64,000 nucleotides of DNA from Mytilus edulis (taxonomy: Eukaryota). This document shows, piece by piece, positions 26,028 to 39,479 of the stretch. Numbering within the stretch: position 1 is the first letter of the stretch; each line of letters starts with the position of its first letter. Made by a program: the position numbers and the translations under genes. The notes below the pieces were generated by a model. The model searched no databases, was not told the origin of the DNA, and worked only from the letters and a program-made list of their open reading frames with translations. The stretch covers positions 32,054,001-32,118,000 of the forward strand of contig NC_092344.1 of NCBI RefSeq assembly GCF_963676685.1, in the 5' to 3' direction.

Positions 26028-26606
26028 TGATTCCATCCATTTTGAAAACTGATGGTAAAACCATGATGAGGGAATTGTACTCAAGAATTGCAATTGTGAT
26101 CACTGACATTTTTCCAGATATTCTTAGAGAACTAATTTTGTCAAGAATTACTCCCCAAAACTTGTATAAGAGTTTCGACAACGCCTTTCTCAGTTCATGT
26201 TATTTAAAACAACAAACTGATTTGAAGACATCTAATTTGACGAATTCTTTTTCTTGCTTGGATATACCTCTTATTTATAAGCTTTTAAGATATTTTTCAT
26301 TAATAGCGTCTCCTTCAAAAGGATGGGGAAAGGATCCTCATCCAACTGATCTGCTTATTGCGGATGATGTGGAACGTATCCGAATGTTTCGAAATGAAAT
26401 AGCGCATAGATGTGATGCAAACATTAACAAGAATGATTTTGATGCCTATTTTGTAACATTTAGTGAAATAGGTGAAAGAATTGATAATCATTTGACCGGA
26501 CAAAATAGTTATAAACAAAACGTGATTTACTGCAAGACCTGTGTGATGGATACACAAATGCAAACAAAGTACGAAAATGCTGCAAAAGAATTGGAGAATC
26601 TTAAAC
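26028..26606 (+). CDS. HEPN-domain gene, coding exon 2: DZIP3-type HEPN domain 2 with intact RNEIAH
   Basis: Acceptor cactag, donor C|gtaaga, phase 1-1. Motifs LDIPLIYKLLR, PSKGWGKDP, ADDVERIRMFRNEIAH (RxxxxH at 26390-26407). Confidence 0.9.
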
Positions 26607-27059
26607 GTAAGATATGAGAGAAAGTATTGGAATACAAATCTTAATAAATTTTATCTGATTTCAAAAAATGATAAAATTTACAGAGTGATAAGAAAAGGGT
26701 AATATTATTTTCTTCAGGAAGATGACATGTTTTAGATAAAATGAGAACTTAATCATATTGAAGAACTGAAAAAAAGAAAAACGATACGAACAAAAATACA
26801 TCAGATGGATTTATATACTATCATGTCTGCCAAAAAAAATATAACATGCAGTTTGTATAAGATTTGTTTTTTGTTTTTGTTAAAAAGAATATTTGAATAT
26901 CAAACTTTTACTAGTTACTAGAACGAAGATTCCGATTTGATTTGAAAATGCGAATATTTATAAGGGCTTACACAATTGAATTGTCAAATACAACTATTAC
27001 CTTTTTATATTTTATAATACAACATTAACTTGACCTTAAAATATCTTTCGATCTTTTAG

Positions 27060-27158
27060 TGCATTATGAACGTAAGCCAGTTAAATTCTACTGGGGTGAC
27101 TCTTTTGAACAAAGTCTTATGGATCTTCGAATGATGATACAGAACAAAGAATTAGAAG
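27060..27158 (+). CDS. HEPN-domain gene, exon 3: LHYERKPVKFYWGDSFEQSLMDLRMMIQNKELE
   Basis: Acceptor ttttag, donor GAAG|gtaaga; 99 nt, phase 1-1, open frame continuing exon 2. Confidence 0.82.
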
Positions 27159-30137
27159 GTAAGATTATATATATCCTATCCTTTAAATTCGCCATTTCTT
27201 GATGAGAACGGATTACATACATTTTTTTTCAGATATAATGAACCCCAGAAATGACAATATATAGAAAAAAAAATTACGACTTTCATCACAACAAAGGCAA
27301 ATTCTTAAATGTTCTCCATCATAAATATACGAGATCACCATGTAATTACTTCTCCAAATTACACTCTGTTCGTCATAACACACTGGTTTTTGTAAGTAAA
27401 CCAAACTATTAAAAAGGTAATTTCAATAGCGTTGATATGTTTTCGTTATAAAACATTGTTACATACAAAGGTCATAAAAACAAGGACTGTATTTAGTTTT
27501 TATTCAATCTTTTGAAATATTTGAACTGATTGATATTTTATACTTAGAAATCATGTTTATTCATTAACAGAAATTTTAATAATTTTTGGATCAGAGCGTT
27601 TTTGTTTGTCTCTTTGTTAGTTTTGTTGGTGTTGTGCACACTTTCAGTTTTACGAATCAAATCCTTTCAAACTGATATTTACAGCTTTTCTAGTGTATGC
27701 TGTCCCATTGTCCCAGATTAGGAGGAGGGTTGAGTGTGTAAAATTATGTTTAACTCCGCAGCATGCGATATGTGGCTGTCTAAAGCAATAAAAAATCTTA
27801 AATTTACAGTAGTTGATGGATAATGCCTGCCATACTGTATTTGTTTTTTAATCGTTTTACACACAATCATTATTTTTGCTTTCCTTTTTGCATAATTGAT
27901 TTTTCGTCATGCCTGTATTAATGATGCTCATTCTTGAAGACAATACGGTGACCGATATTTTTTTATAGCCACGTCCATTTTGTGTCAGATAGAGAGTTCT
28001 TTTATTTGAAATATTCAAAATAAACAGATTGAAACGAATAGATAAACAAACCATGAGGAACATTTAAAAATATCGATATCGAATCCATATTGTCGATATT
28101 GTGACATATTCAATGGTTGCAAAACGGCAAAATTATATTGTCTACATGCACAACTGCAGCATCTTAACATTAGAAACATAAAGTTTCGATATCGACTTCA
28201 TGTCTTTGACCACTGCAGAATAAGAAAATAGAACGATTTCATTAACAGAACAAATCAGATGATGAAAAAAATAAATGCCGATACTAAATTAATATCTTTA
28301 ATATCGGCAATTGAAACGGATGAACCAGGATAACCTGAAATGTCTATATAGACAGTCGTTGATATTTGGAACACAAATTGTTAATATCGAGAATTTGAGC
28401 ATATGCATCAACTTAAAAAAAAACAGTTGAGAAAGAAATTTAATGCGATATCGAATCGTTGTTGTCCATATGAAGTATGGAAAAGAATAATTTAGAGTAA
28501 ACTAAATTTGAAAAGCAAATCTCGAGGCATAACATAATCCTTTTTGTCTCTTTCCGGTTATCATTATTGCTTGCAATTTTTTTCCTATTCCAATCTGCAA
28601 AAAATGTGCATCACCTACCGTCATGTCCTACGCTATCTATTGGATCAAATTTATAACATAGAACCTATTGGTCACAATATATCACTAAGTTTTTCAACAC
28701 ACAATATTAAAATCAATGTTATATCAAACATATATGTGTTTTAGCGGCAACCGTAGTTTAATAATGTTCAGATCTCAGTAATCCCTTTAAAATATGTATC
28801 CTGCAATTTGGTGTCTTTAATATACACCAACAGCCCAACATTTATCGCTAGTCTGTATATGTATACTATTCAGTTATCGTTTGAAAGCTCCGCCCAATGC
28901 CGGACTACGTTTGTATATTACTGTTGACGAGTGTTGTACGAAGCTAAGACCCCAGAATGTGTATTGCAGACGCATTCCAATGACATATTGCTTGACCTTG
29001 TGCGAAATAAAGATTAATTTACCTTCTGCTTGCTTTCAAACATTTCGCTAGAGCAATATGAAATAAACCCATTTTCGTTATCAGAAAAAAACACGAACAG
29101 CTGGATTATCTCCATATCTTCAAGTTCAAATCTTGAATGTGTACATGTGTTCAAAACAAAATCAACCATGCAACAATGTCAATTTCAGCATGTTAAGAAA
29201 ATTTAACGTTTAGTTTAAATTTCTTGAGCGTAGGACAAATCATACACTTTTGTTAAATAGGACAAAGTTTTGATATTTGTTTTTGCTCTTGAAATTAATT
29301 GTTATGTTATAATAAATATTTATTTACTATGAATTGCGTAGTATTGTTGAACATGCGAGATTCATTTCGCTGTACCCATCAATTATTTTGCGAATTTGTT
29401 TTTAATATAACTTTGCCTAAAAGGTAAAATAGACAGAAATTGATATATTGTAAGTTGAAAATAAATGCAATAAATGTGAGCTTTTCTGTCTGGTAATTGC
29501 AGGATAAAGACAATACATGTAGAGTGTCTTTGAATATCAGCTGTATTTGTACTTATAACACCTATTTCCTAGCCTTGTGCAAATAAAGGTGATAATTAAA
29601 TTCCCTTAACAGTTTTGTAAATATAAATTAAAGCACACATAAACTTAGGGAATACCATTGACATACAGAATATAAAAGAGCGATAGCATGTGCGTCGACA
29701 GTGTAAGCGTTGCTCGTTTTTTATACGTCACCAACCGTTCGAATCTACGAAATCAATGAATTATACAGATATCACGAATATTCTGGTATCTAATGGTCTA
29801 ATACAAGGAAAACATTCAATTGAGAATCAGGCATATTGAATCGGTAAACCAGTTTGTTATTATGATTGTCAAATATAAAGTATATGGATTTCAATCGTTC
29901 TTTGTTTTAACTTTTTATATGAATATAAAAAAGAAATAAGGAAATTTGTTTTTAATGTCTGGCAGATTTATTCGATACTTTGTGACCTTAAACTATTATT
30001 GTATCAAGTATATAATAATTTTACGATTAATTCAAGATAAATGATTATCAAAAAGTAGGTTTCCTGTTAAAAAAAGCATTACTTCGTTTATCATGAAACA
30101 ATTTGCAAAAATGTATATTTCAATTGATGAACATTAA

Positions 30138-31949
30138 AGGCCAGGGCTGACCTAGATAGAAATCCGGTTGGAGAGCAATTAAGCCAATAAGGAAATGGGA
30201 GGGGCCTAACTATCTTATCAATTATTTATAGAAGTCAGCATGGTTAAAGAAAACAAACACATGTGGAATTTACCTTTGTGTAGAAATTTATAATCCAGAC
30301 TAAAACGAATAACTAACAAATAACAAGATTAAGATGATCAAAAATATTTGCATGATAATAGTTAACCCTTGTAAATTCAATGCATTAGTGTAATTATTCT
30401 GTTTTTAATAGAAACTAGAAATGTAGCGGTTCCAAATGTTTATCCTGTAATTATATGTTAGTTTTTTGTAAATTTTCTTTCCTTTCTGTGAAGATGGTGC
30501 ATTGGGATTCCTTGATTTCCATACTGATGTAAAGCCTCTGTCCACATTCTCATTCCAATGGCATACTGCCAAATTTGATCTCAATTTATATTGATCATCA
30601 CCAAAGCAAATTCTTTTGTCTTGAAATATGTTCACAACATTATTGAAACTTTCAACATAAAATGTGTCTTTAGCAAGAATGTAATCTTGAGGATATTTAT
30701 AAATAGTTGAACTTTTTATAGCAATCTCTAACATTTTTCTGGCTTTTAAATTTGTAAGTACAGTCCTAGATGGTTCATAGTTTGAATCAAATCTGCACCT
30801 TGATGAATGATGACAATTTTCATGGTTATCACAATAATGGTTAACAATGTTATCCAAACTTTCCTTCAGTTTTAGAGAATTTTGCTCACAGTTACGGACA
30901 GCCCAGTTAATGTGTGTTGCTATGGGTTCAACTTTATCTCCTAGCTGTACACTCCAACTTATACCCTCTGAACGTTTGGTACCTTTGGAAATCTTGGTGA
31001 CAGCTTTTTTTACAGCCTTGACAGCATGCCATAAGTCATTCTGATTGACAGTAAATTGAGTGTCCCTCACAAATTTATTTACAGCCAAATTTCTATCATG
31101 TGCATGAATTTTTATGGACACATTTTTATTCTCCAAATTTTCATAAATAATTTGTGTTCCAAGTCTTTCATGTCGTTGGGCAACTTTATCCTGTGACTTT
31201 GTAATATGTTCACAGTCCATCACTTTGTGAGTTTTTTCTCCTAATGCTACAACTGTAGTATCTTTCGCATTTTTCCTCCAATCGTGCCTAGCATCTGTCA
31301 TGATGTTGATGCCATCTAGGTCGTCATATGAAGAAATTTCATCATTTATGGCATTGTCAACTGATTGAACACTTTCATTTTCAGCATGTTCTTTATATGT
31401 TCTAAAGAATTTTGATCTTCTCTCTTTAGTGATGCAGCCAATTCCTGCCCCATTAACAAATCTAGTGTAATGTACTGGCAAAAGTCCACTGCTATAAAAT
31501 GCATGACAAATCCTGTGATTGACCAAGAACTCATCATTCGGAAGGTATGATGATGACGACCATAAATAGGAATGTGATTTCTCCTTGGTACACATCCGTC
31601 TTACACATGCTACATGTCCTTTCATAGTTCTTTTCCATACTTTTAGCTTTCCATTACAAATACTGGTATGTGCCTCATAGAGTTCTCCATATGTATCCAA
31701 AGATTTTTCTGCAGTAACAAACAGTCCTTGGTCTACATCCTGGCTTCTTGTTTGGGAATAGGTGGATGGAAAAGGATGAAGTTCTTTCAAATTGTCACTT
31801 CCAAGTTGTTGTTTAATCCAAAAGTCTAAAAGTTCCTCTATAATTAAACTATTGTTAACTGGCTTATTCAAAGTTGAAGTCAAAAAAACCCTTTACTTTT
31901 TGAAGTTTTTCCAAAATTCTACTTTTGACAGTTTCGTCACCAGGAATTT
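30138..31949 (-). pseudogene. Truncated Kolobok copy 1 (left end + 5'-truncated, frameshifted transposase 30405..31883)
   Basis: TTAA|AGGCCAGGG at 30138. Breaks off at caggaattt; A7 instead of A6 at ~31882 shifts the frame. The track 'M' is a TTG codon; DARHGW changed to DARHDW. Confidence 0.9.
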
Positions 31950-33162
31950 AAGAAGCTTAAGCTTGAAGCTAAGACCCCAGAATGTGTATTGCAGACGCAT
32001 TCCAATGACATATTGCTTGACCTTGTGCGAAATAAAGATTAATTTACCTTCTGCTTGTTTTCAAACATTTCGCTAGAGCAATATGAAATAAACCCATTTT
32101 CTGCTATCAGAAAAAACACGAACAGCTGGATTATCTCCATATCTTCAAGTTCAAATCTTGAATGTGTACATGTGTTCAAAACAAAATCAACCATGCAACA
32201 ATGTCAATTTCAGCATGTTAAGAAAATTTAACGTTTAGTTTAAATTTCTTGAGCGTAGGACAAATCATACACTTTTGTTAAATAGGACAAAGTTTTGATA
32301 TTTGTTTTTGCTCTTGAAATTAATTGTTATGTTATAATAAATATTTATTTACTATGAATTGCGTAGTATTGTTGAACATGCGAGATTCATTTCGCTGTAC
32401 CCATCAATTATTTTGCGAATTTGTTTTTAATATAACTTTGCCTAAAAGGTAAAATAGACAGAAATTGATATATTGTAAGTTGAAAATAAATGCAATAAAT
32501 GTGAGCTTTTCTGTCTGGCAATTGCAAGATAAAGACAATACATGTAGAGTGTCTTTGAATATCAGCTGTATTTGTACTTATAACACCTATTTCCTAGCCT
32601 TGTGCAAATAAAGGTGATAATTAAATTCCCTTAACAGTTTTGTAAATATAAATTAAAGCACACATAAACTTAGGGAATACCATTGACATACAGAATATAA
32701 AAGAGCGATAGCATGTGCGTCGACAGTGTAAGCGTTGCTCGTTTTTTATACGTCACCAACCGTTCGAATCTACGAAATCAATGAATTATACAGATATCAC
32801 GAATATTCTGGTATCTAATGGTCTAATACAAGGAAAACATTCAATTGAGAATCAGGCATATTGAATCGGTAAACCAGTTTGTTATTATGATTGTCAAATA
32901 TAAAGTATATGGATTTCAATCGTTCTTTGTTTTAACTTTTTATATGAATATAAAAAAGAAATAAGGAAATTTGTTTTTAATGTCTGGCAGATTTATTCGA
33001 TACTTTGTGACCTTAAACTATTATTGTATCAAGTATATAATAATTTTACGATTAATTCAAGATAAATGATTATCAAAAAGTAGGTTTCCTGTTAAAAAAA
33101 GCATTACTTCGTTTATCATGAAACAATTTGCAAAAATGTATATTTCAATTGATGAACATTAA

Positions 33163-34974
33163 AGGCCAGGGCTGACCTAGATAGAAATCCGGTTGGAGAG
33201 CAATTAAGCCAATAAGGAAATGGGAGGGGCCTAACTATCTTATCAATTATTTATAGAAGTCAGCATGGTTAAAGAAAACAAACACATGTGGAATTTACCT
33301 TTGTGTAGAAATTTATAATCCAGACTAAAACGAATAACTAACAAATAACAAGATTAAGATGATCAAAAATATTTGCATGATAATAGTTAACCCTTGTAAA
33401 TTCAATGCATTAGTGTAATTATTCTGTTTTTAATAGAAACTAGAAATGTAGCGGTTCCAAATGTTTATCCTGTAATTATATGTTAGTTTTTTGTAAATTT
33501 TCTTTCCTTTCTGTGAAGATGGTGCATTGGGATTCCTTGATTTCCATACTGATGTAAAGCCTCTGTCCACATTCTCATTCCAATGGCATACTGCCAAATT
33601 TGATCTCAATTTATATTGATCATCACCAAAGCAAATTCTTTTGTCTTGAAATATGTTCACAACATTATTGAAACTTTCAACATAAAATGTGTCTTTAGCA
33701 AGAATGTAATCTTGAGGATATTTATAAATAGTTGAACTTTTTATAGCAATCTCTAACATTTTTCTGGCTTTTAAATTTGTAAGTACAGTCCTAGATGGTT
33801 CATAGTTTGAATCAAATCTGCACCTTGATGAATGATGACAATTTTCATGGTTATCACAATAATGGTTAACAATGTTATCCAAACTTTCCTTCAGTTTTAG
33901 AGAATTTTGCTCACAGTTACGGACAGCCCAGTTAATGTGTGTTGCTATGGGTTCAACTTTATCTCCTAGCTGTACACTCCAACTTATACCCTCTGAACGT
34001 TTGGTACCTTTGGAAATCTTGGTGACAGCTTTTTTTACAGCCTTGACAGCATGCCATAAGTCATTCTGATTGACAGTAAATTGAGTGTCCCTCACAAATT
34101 TATTTACAGCCAAATTTCTATCATGTGCATGAATTTTTATGGACACATTTTTATTCTCCAAATTTTCATAAATAATTTGTGTTCCAAGTCTTTCATGTCG
34201 TTGGGCAACTTTATCCTGTGACTTTGTAATATGTTCACAGTCCATCACTTTGTGAGTTTTTTCTCCTAATGCTACAACTGTAGTATCTTTCGCATTTTTC
34301 CTCCAATCGTGCCTAGCATCTGTCATGATGTTGATGCCATCTAGGTCGTCATATGAAGAAATTTCATCATTTATGGCATTGTCAACTGATTGAACACTTT
34401 CATTTTCAGCATGTTCTTTATATGTTCTAAAGAATTTTGATCTTCTCTCTTTAGTGATGCAGCCAATTCCTGCCCCATTAACAAATCTAGTGTAATGTAC
34501 TGGCAAAAGTCCACTGCTATAAAATGCATGACAAATCCTGTGATTGACCAAGAACTCATCATTCGGAAGGTATGATGATGACGACCATAAATAGGAATGT
34601 GATTTCTCCTTGGTACACATCCGTCTTACACATGCTACATGTCCTTTCATAGTTCTTTTCCATACTTTTAGCTTTCCATTACAAATACTGGTATGTGCCT
34701 CATAGAGTTCTCCATATGTATCCAAAGATTTTTCTGCAGTAACAAACAGTCCTTGGTCTACATCCTGGCTTCTTGTTTGGGAATAGGTGGATGGAAAAGG
34801 ATGAAGTTCTTTCAAATTGTCACTTCCAAGTTGTTGTTTAATCCAAAAGTCTAAAAGTTCCTCTATAATTAAACTATTGTTAACTGGCTTATTCAAAGTT
34901 GAAGTCAAAAAAACCCTTTACTTTTTGAAGTTTTTCCAAAATTCTACTTTTGACAGTTTCGTCACCAGGAATTT
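33163..34974 (-). pseudogene. Truncated Kolobok copy 2
   Basis: Same structure as copy 1 at +3025. Confidence 0.9.
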
Positions 34975-36187
34975 AAGAAGCTTAAGCTTGAAGCTAAGAC
35001 CCCAGAATGTGTATTGCAGACGCATTCCAATGACATATTGCTTGACCTTGTGCGAAATAAAGATTAATTTACCTTCTGCTTGTTTTCAAACATTTCGCTA
35101 GAGCAATATGAAATAAACCCATTTTCTGCTATCAGAAAAAACACGAACAGCTGGATTATCTCCATATCTTCAAGTTCAAATCTTGAATGTGTACATGTGT
35201 TCAAAACAAAATCAACCATGCAACAATGTCAATTTCAGCATGTTAAGAAAATTTAACGTTTAGTTTAAATTTCTTGAGCGTAGGACAAATCATACACTTT
35301 TGTTAAATAGGACAAAGTTTTGATATTTGTTTTTGCTCTTGAAATTAATTGTTATGTTATAATAAATATTTATTTACTATGAATTGCGTAGTATTGTTGA
35401 ACATGCGAGATTCATTTCGCTGTACCCATCAATTATTTTGCGAATTTGTTTTTAATATAACTTTGCCTAAAAGGTAAAATAGACAGAAATTGATATATTG
35501 TAAGTTGAAAATAAATGCAATAAATGTGAGCTTTTCTGTCTGGCAATTGCAAGATAAAGACAATACATGTAGAGTGTCTTTGAATATCAGCTGTATTTGT
35601 ACTTATAACACCTATTTCCTAGCCTTGTGCAAATAAAGGTGATAATTAAATTCCCTTAACAGTTTTGTAAATATAAATTAAAGCACACATAAACTTAGGG
35701 AATACCATTGACATACAGAATATAAAAGAGCGATAGCATGTGCGTCGACAGTGTAAGCGTTGCTCGTTTTTTATACGTCACCAACCGTTCGAATCTACGA
35801 AATCAATGAATTATACAGATATCACGAATATTCTGGTATCTAATGGTCTAATACAAGGAAAACATTCAATTGAGAATCAGGCATATTGAATCGGTAAACC
35901 AGTTTGTTATTATGATTGTCAAATATAAAGTATATGGATTTCAATCGTTCTTTGTTTTAACTTTTTATATGAATATAAAAAAGAAATAAGGAAATTTGTT
36001 TTAAATGTCTGGCAGATTTATTCGATACTTTGTGACCTTAAACTATTATTGTATCAAGTATATAATAATTTTACGATTAATTCAAGATAAATGATTATCA
36101 AAAAGTAGGTTTCCTGTTAAAAAAAGCATTACTTCGTTTATCATGAAACAATTTGCAAAAATGTATATTTCAATTGATGAACATTAA

Positions 36188-37999
36188 AGGCCAGGGCTGA
36201 CCTAGATAGAAATCCGGTTGGAGAGCAATTAAGCCAATAAGGAAATGGGAGGGGCCTAACTATCTTATCAATTATTTATAGAAGTCAGCATGGTTAAAGA
36301 AAACAAACACATGTGGAATTTACCTTTGTGTAGAAATTTATAATCCAGACTAAAACGAATAACTAACAAATAACAAGATTAAGATGATCAAAAATATTTG
36401 CATGATAATAGTTAACCCTTGTAAATTCAATGCATTAGTGTAATTATTCTGTTTTTAATAGAAACTAGAAATGTAGCGGTTCCAAATGTTTATCCTGTAA
36501 TTATATGTTAGTTTTTTGTAAATTTTCTTTCCTTTCTGTGAAGATGGTGCATTGGGATTCCTTGATTTCCATACTGATGTAAAGCCTCTGTCCACATTCT
36601 CATTCCAATGGCATACTGCCAAATTTGATCTCAATTTATATTGATCATCACCAAAGCAAATTCTTTTGTCTTGAAATATGTTCACAACATTATTGAAACT
36701 TTCAACATAAAATGTGTCTTTAGCAAGAATGTAATCTTGAGGATATTTATAAATAGTTGAACTTTTTATAGCAATCTCTAACATTTTTCTGGCTTTTAAA
36801 TTTGTAAGTACAGTCCTAGATGGTTCATAGTTTGAATCAAATCTGCACCTTGATGAATGATGACAATTTTCATGGTTATCACAATAATGGTTAACAATGT
36901 TATCCAAACTTTCCTTCAGTTTTAGAGAATTTTGCTCACAGTTACGGACAGCCCAGTTAATGTGTGTTGCTATGGGTTCAACTTTATCTCCTAGCTGTAC
37001 ACTCCAACTTATACCCTCTGAACGTTTGGTACCTTTGGAAATCTTGGTGACAGCTTTTTTTACAGCCTTGACAGCATGCCATAAGTCATTCTGATTGACA
37101 GTAAATTGAGTGTCCCTCACAAATTTATTTACAGCCAAATTTCTATCATGTGCATGAATTTTTATGGACACATTTTTATTCTCCAAATTTTCATAAATAA
37201 TTTGTGTTCCAAGTCTTTCATGTCGTTGGGCAACTTTATCCTGTGACTTTGTAATATGTTCACAGTCCATCACTTTGTGAGTTTTTTCTCCTAATGCTAC
37301 AACTGTAGTATCTTTCGCATTTTTCCTCCAATCGTGCCTAGCATCTGTCATGATGTTGATGCCATCTAGGTCGTCATATGAAGAAATTTCATCATTTATG
37401 GCATTGTCAACTGATTGAACACTTTCATTTTCAGCATGTTCTTTATATGTTCTAAAGAATTTTGATCTTCTCTCCTTAGTGATGCAGCCAATTCCTGCCC
37501 CATTAACAAATCTAGTGTAATGTACTGGCAAAAGTCCACTGCTATAAAATGCATGACAAATCCTGTGATTGACCAAGAACTCATCATTCGGAAGGTATGA
37601 TGATGACGACCATAAATAGGAATGTGATTTCTCCTTGGTACACATCCGTCTTACACATGCTACATGTCCTTTCATAGTTCTTTTCCATACTTTTAGCTTT
37701 CCATTACAAATACTGGTATGTGCCTCATAGAGTTCTCCATATGTATCCAAAGATTTTTCTGCAGTAACAAACAGTCCTTGGTCTACATCCTGGCTTCTTG
37801 TTTGGGAATAGGTGGATGGAAAAGGATGAAGTTCTTTCAAATTGTCACTTCCAAGTTGTTGTTTAATCCAAAAGTCTAAAAGTTCCTCTATAATTAAACT
37901 ATTGTTAACTGGCTTATTCAAAGTTGAAGTCAAAAAAACCCTTTACTTTTTGAAGTTTTTCCAAAATTCTACTTTTGACAGTTTCGTCACCAGGAATTT
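36188..37999 (-). pseudogene. Truncated Kolobok copy 3
   Basis: Same structure at +6050; one private substitution (tctccttag at ~37475). Confidence 0.9.
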
Positions 38000-39479
38000 A
38001 AGAAGCTTAAGCTTGAAGCTAAGACCCCAGAATGTGTATTGCAGACGCATTCCAATGACATATTGCTTGACCTTGTGCGAAATAAAGATTAATTTACCTT
38101 CTGCTTGTTTTCAAACATTTCGCTAGAGCAATATGAAATAAACCCATTTTCTGCTATCAGAAAAAACACGAACAGCTGGATTATCTCCATATCTTCAAGT
38201 TCAAATCTTGAATGTGTACATGTGTTCAAAACAAAATCAACCATGCAACAATGTCAATTTCAGCATGTTAAGAAAATTTAACGTTTAGTTTAAATTTCTT
38301 GAGCGTAGGACAAATCATACACTTTTGTTAAATAGGACAAAGTTTTGATATTTGTTTTTGCTCTTGAAATTAATTGTTATGTTATAATAAATATTTATTT
38401 ACTATGAATTGCGTAGTATTGTTGAACATGCGAGATTCATTTCGCTGTACCCATCAATTATTTTGCGAATTTGTTTTTAATATAACTTTGCCTAAAAGGT
38501 AAAATAGACAGAAATTGATATATTGTAAGTTGAAAATAAATGCAATAAATGTGAGCTTTTCTGTCTGGCAATTGCAAGATAAAGACAATACATGTAGAGT
38601 GTCTTTGAATATCAGCTGTATTTGTACTTATAACACCTATTTCCTAGCCTTGTGCAAATAAAGGTGATAATTAAATTCCCTTAACAGTTTTGTAAATATA
38701 AATTAAAGCACACATAAACTTAGGGAATACCATTGACATACAGAATATAAAAGAGCGATAGCATGTGCGTCGACAGTGTAAGCGTTGCTCGTTTTTTATA
38801 CGTCACCAACCGTTCGAATCTACGAAATCAATGAATTATACAGATATCACGAATATTCTGGTATCTAATGGTCTAATACAAGGAAAACATTCAATTGAGA
38901 ATCAGGCATATTGAATCGGTAAACCAGTTTGTTATTATGATTGTCAAATATAAAGTATATGGATTTCAATCGTTCTTTGTTTTAACTTTTTATATGAATA
39001 TAAAAAAGAAATAAGGAAATTTGTTTTAAATGTCTGGCAGATTTATTCGATACTTTGTGACCTTAAACTATTATTGTATCAAGTATATAATAATTTTACG
39101 ATTAATTCAAGATAAATGATTATCAAAAAGTAGGTTTCCTGTTAAAAAAAGCATTACTTCGTTTATCATGAAACAATTTGCAAAAATGTATATTTCAATT
39201 GATGAACATTAAAGGCCAGGGCTGACCTAGATAGAAATCCGGTTGGAGAGCAATTAAGCCAATAAGGAAATGGGAGGGGCCTAACTATCTTATCAATTAT
39301 TTATAGAAGTCAGCATGGTTAAAGAAAACAAACACATGTGGAATTTACCTTTGTGTAGAAATTTATAATCCAGACTAAAACGAATAACTAACAAATAACA
39401 AGATTAAGATGATCAAAAATATTTGCATGATAATAGTTAACCCTTGTAAATTCAATGCATTAGTGTAATTATTCTGTTT

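Noticed and set aside
30847-32076. Small overlapping ORFs (65, 63 and 94 aa) repeated in each unit, and ORFs 41901/41921
   Set aside because: Shadow frames of the transposase or KolX, or junction-spanning; they recur only because the DNA is duplicated.
30405-37933. Three 492-aa ORFs as functional tandem genes
   Set aside because: The start is TTG after a frameshift, and the N-terminus, promoter and right end are missing; they are truncated transposase copies.
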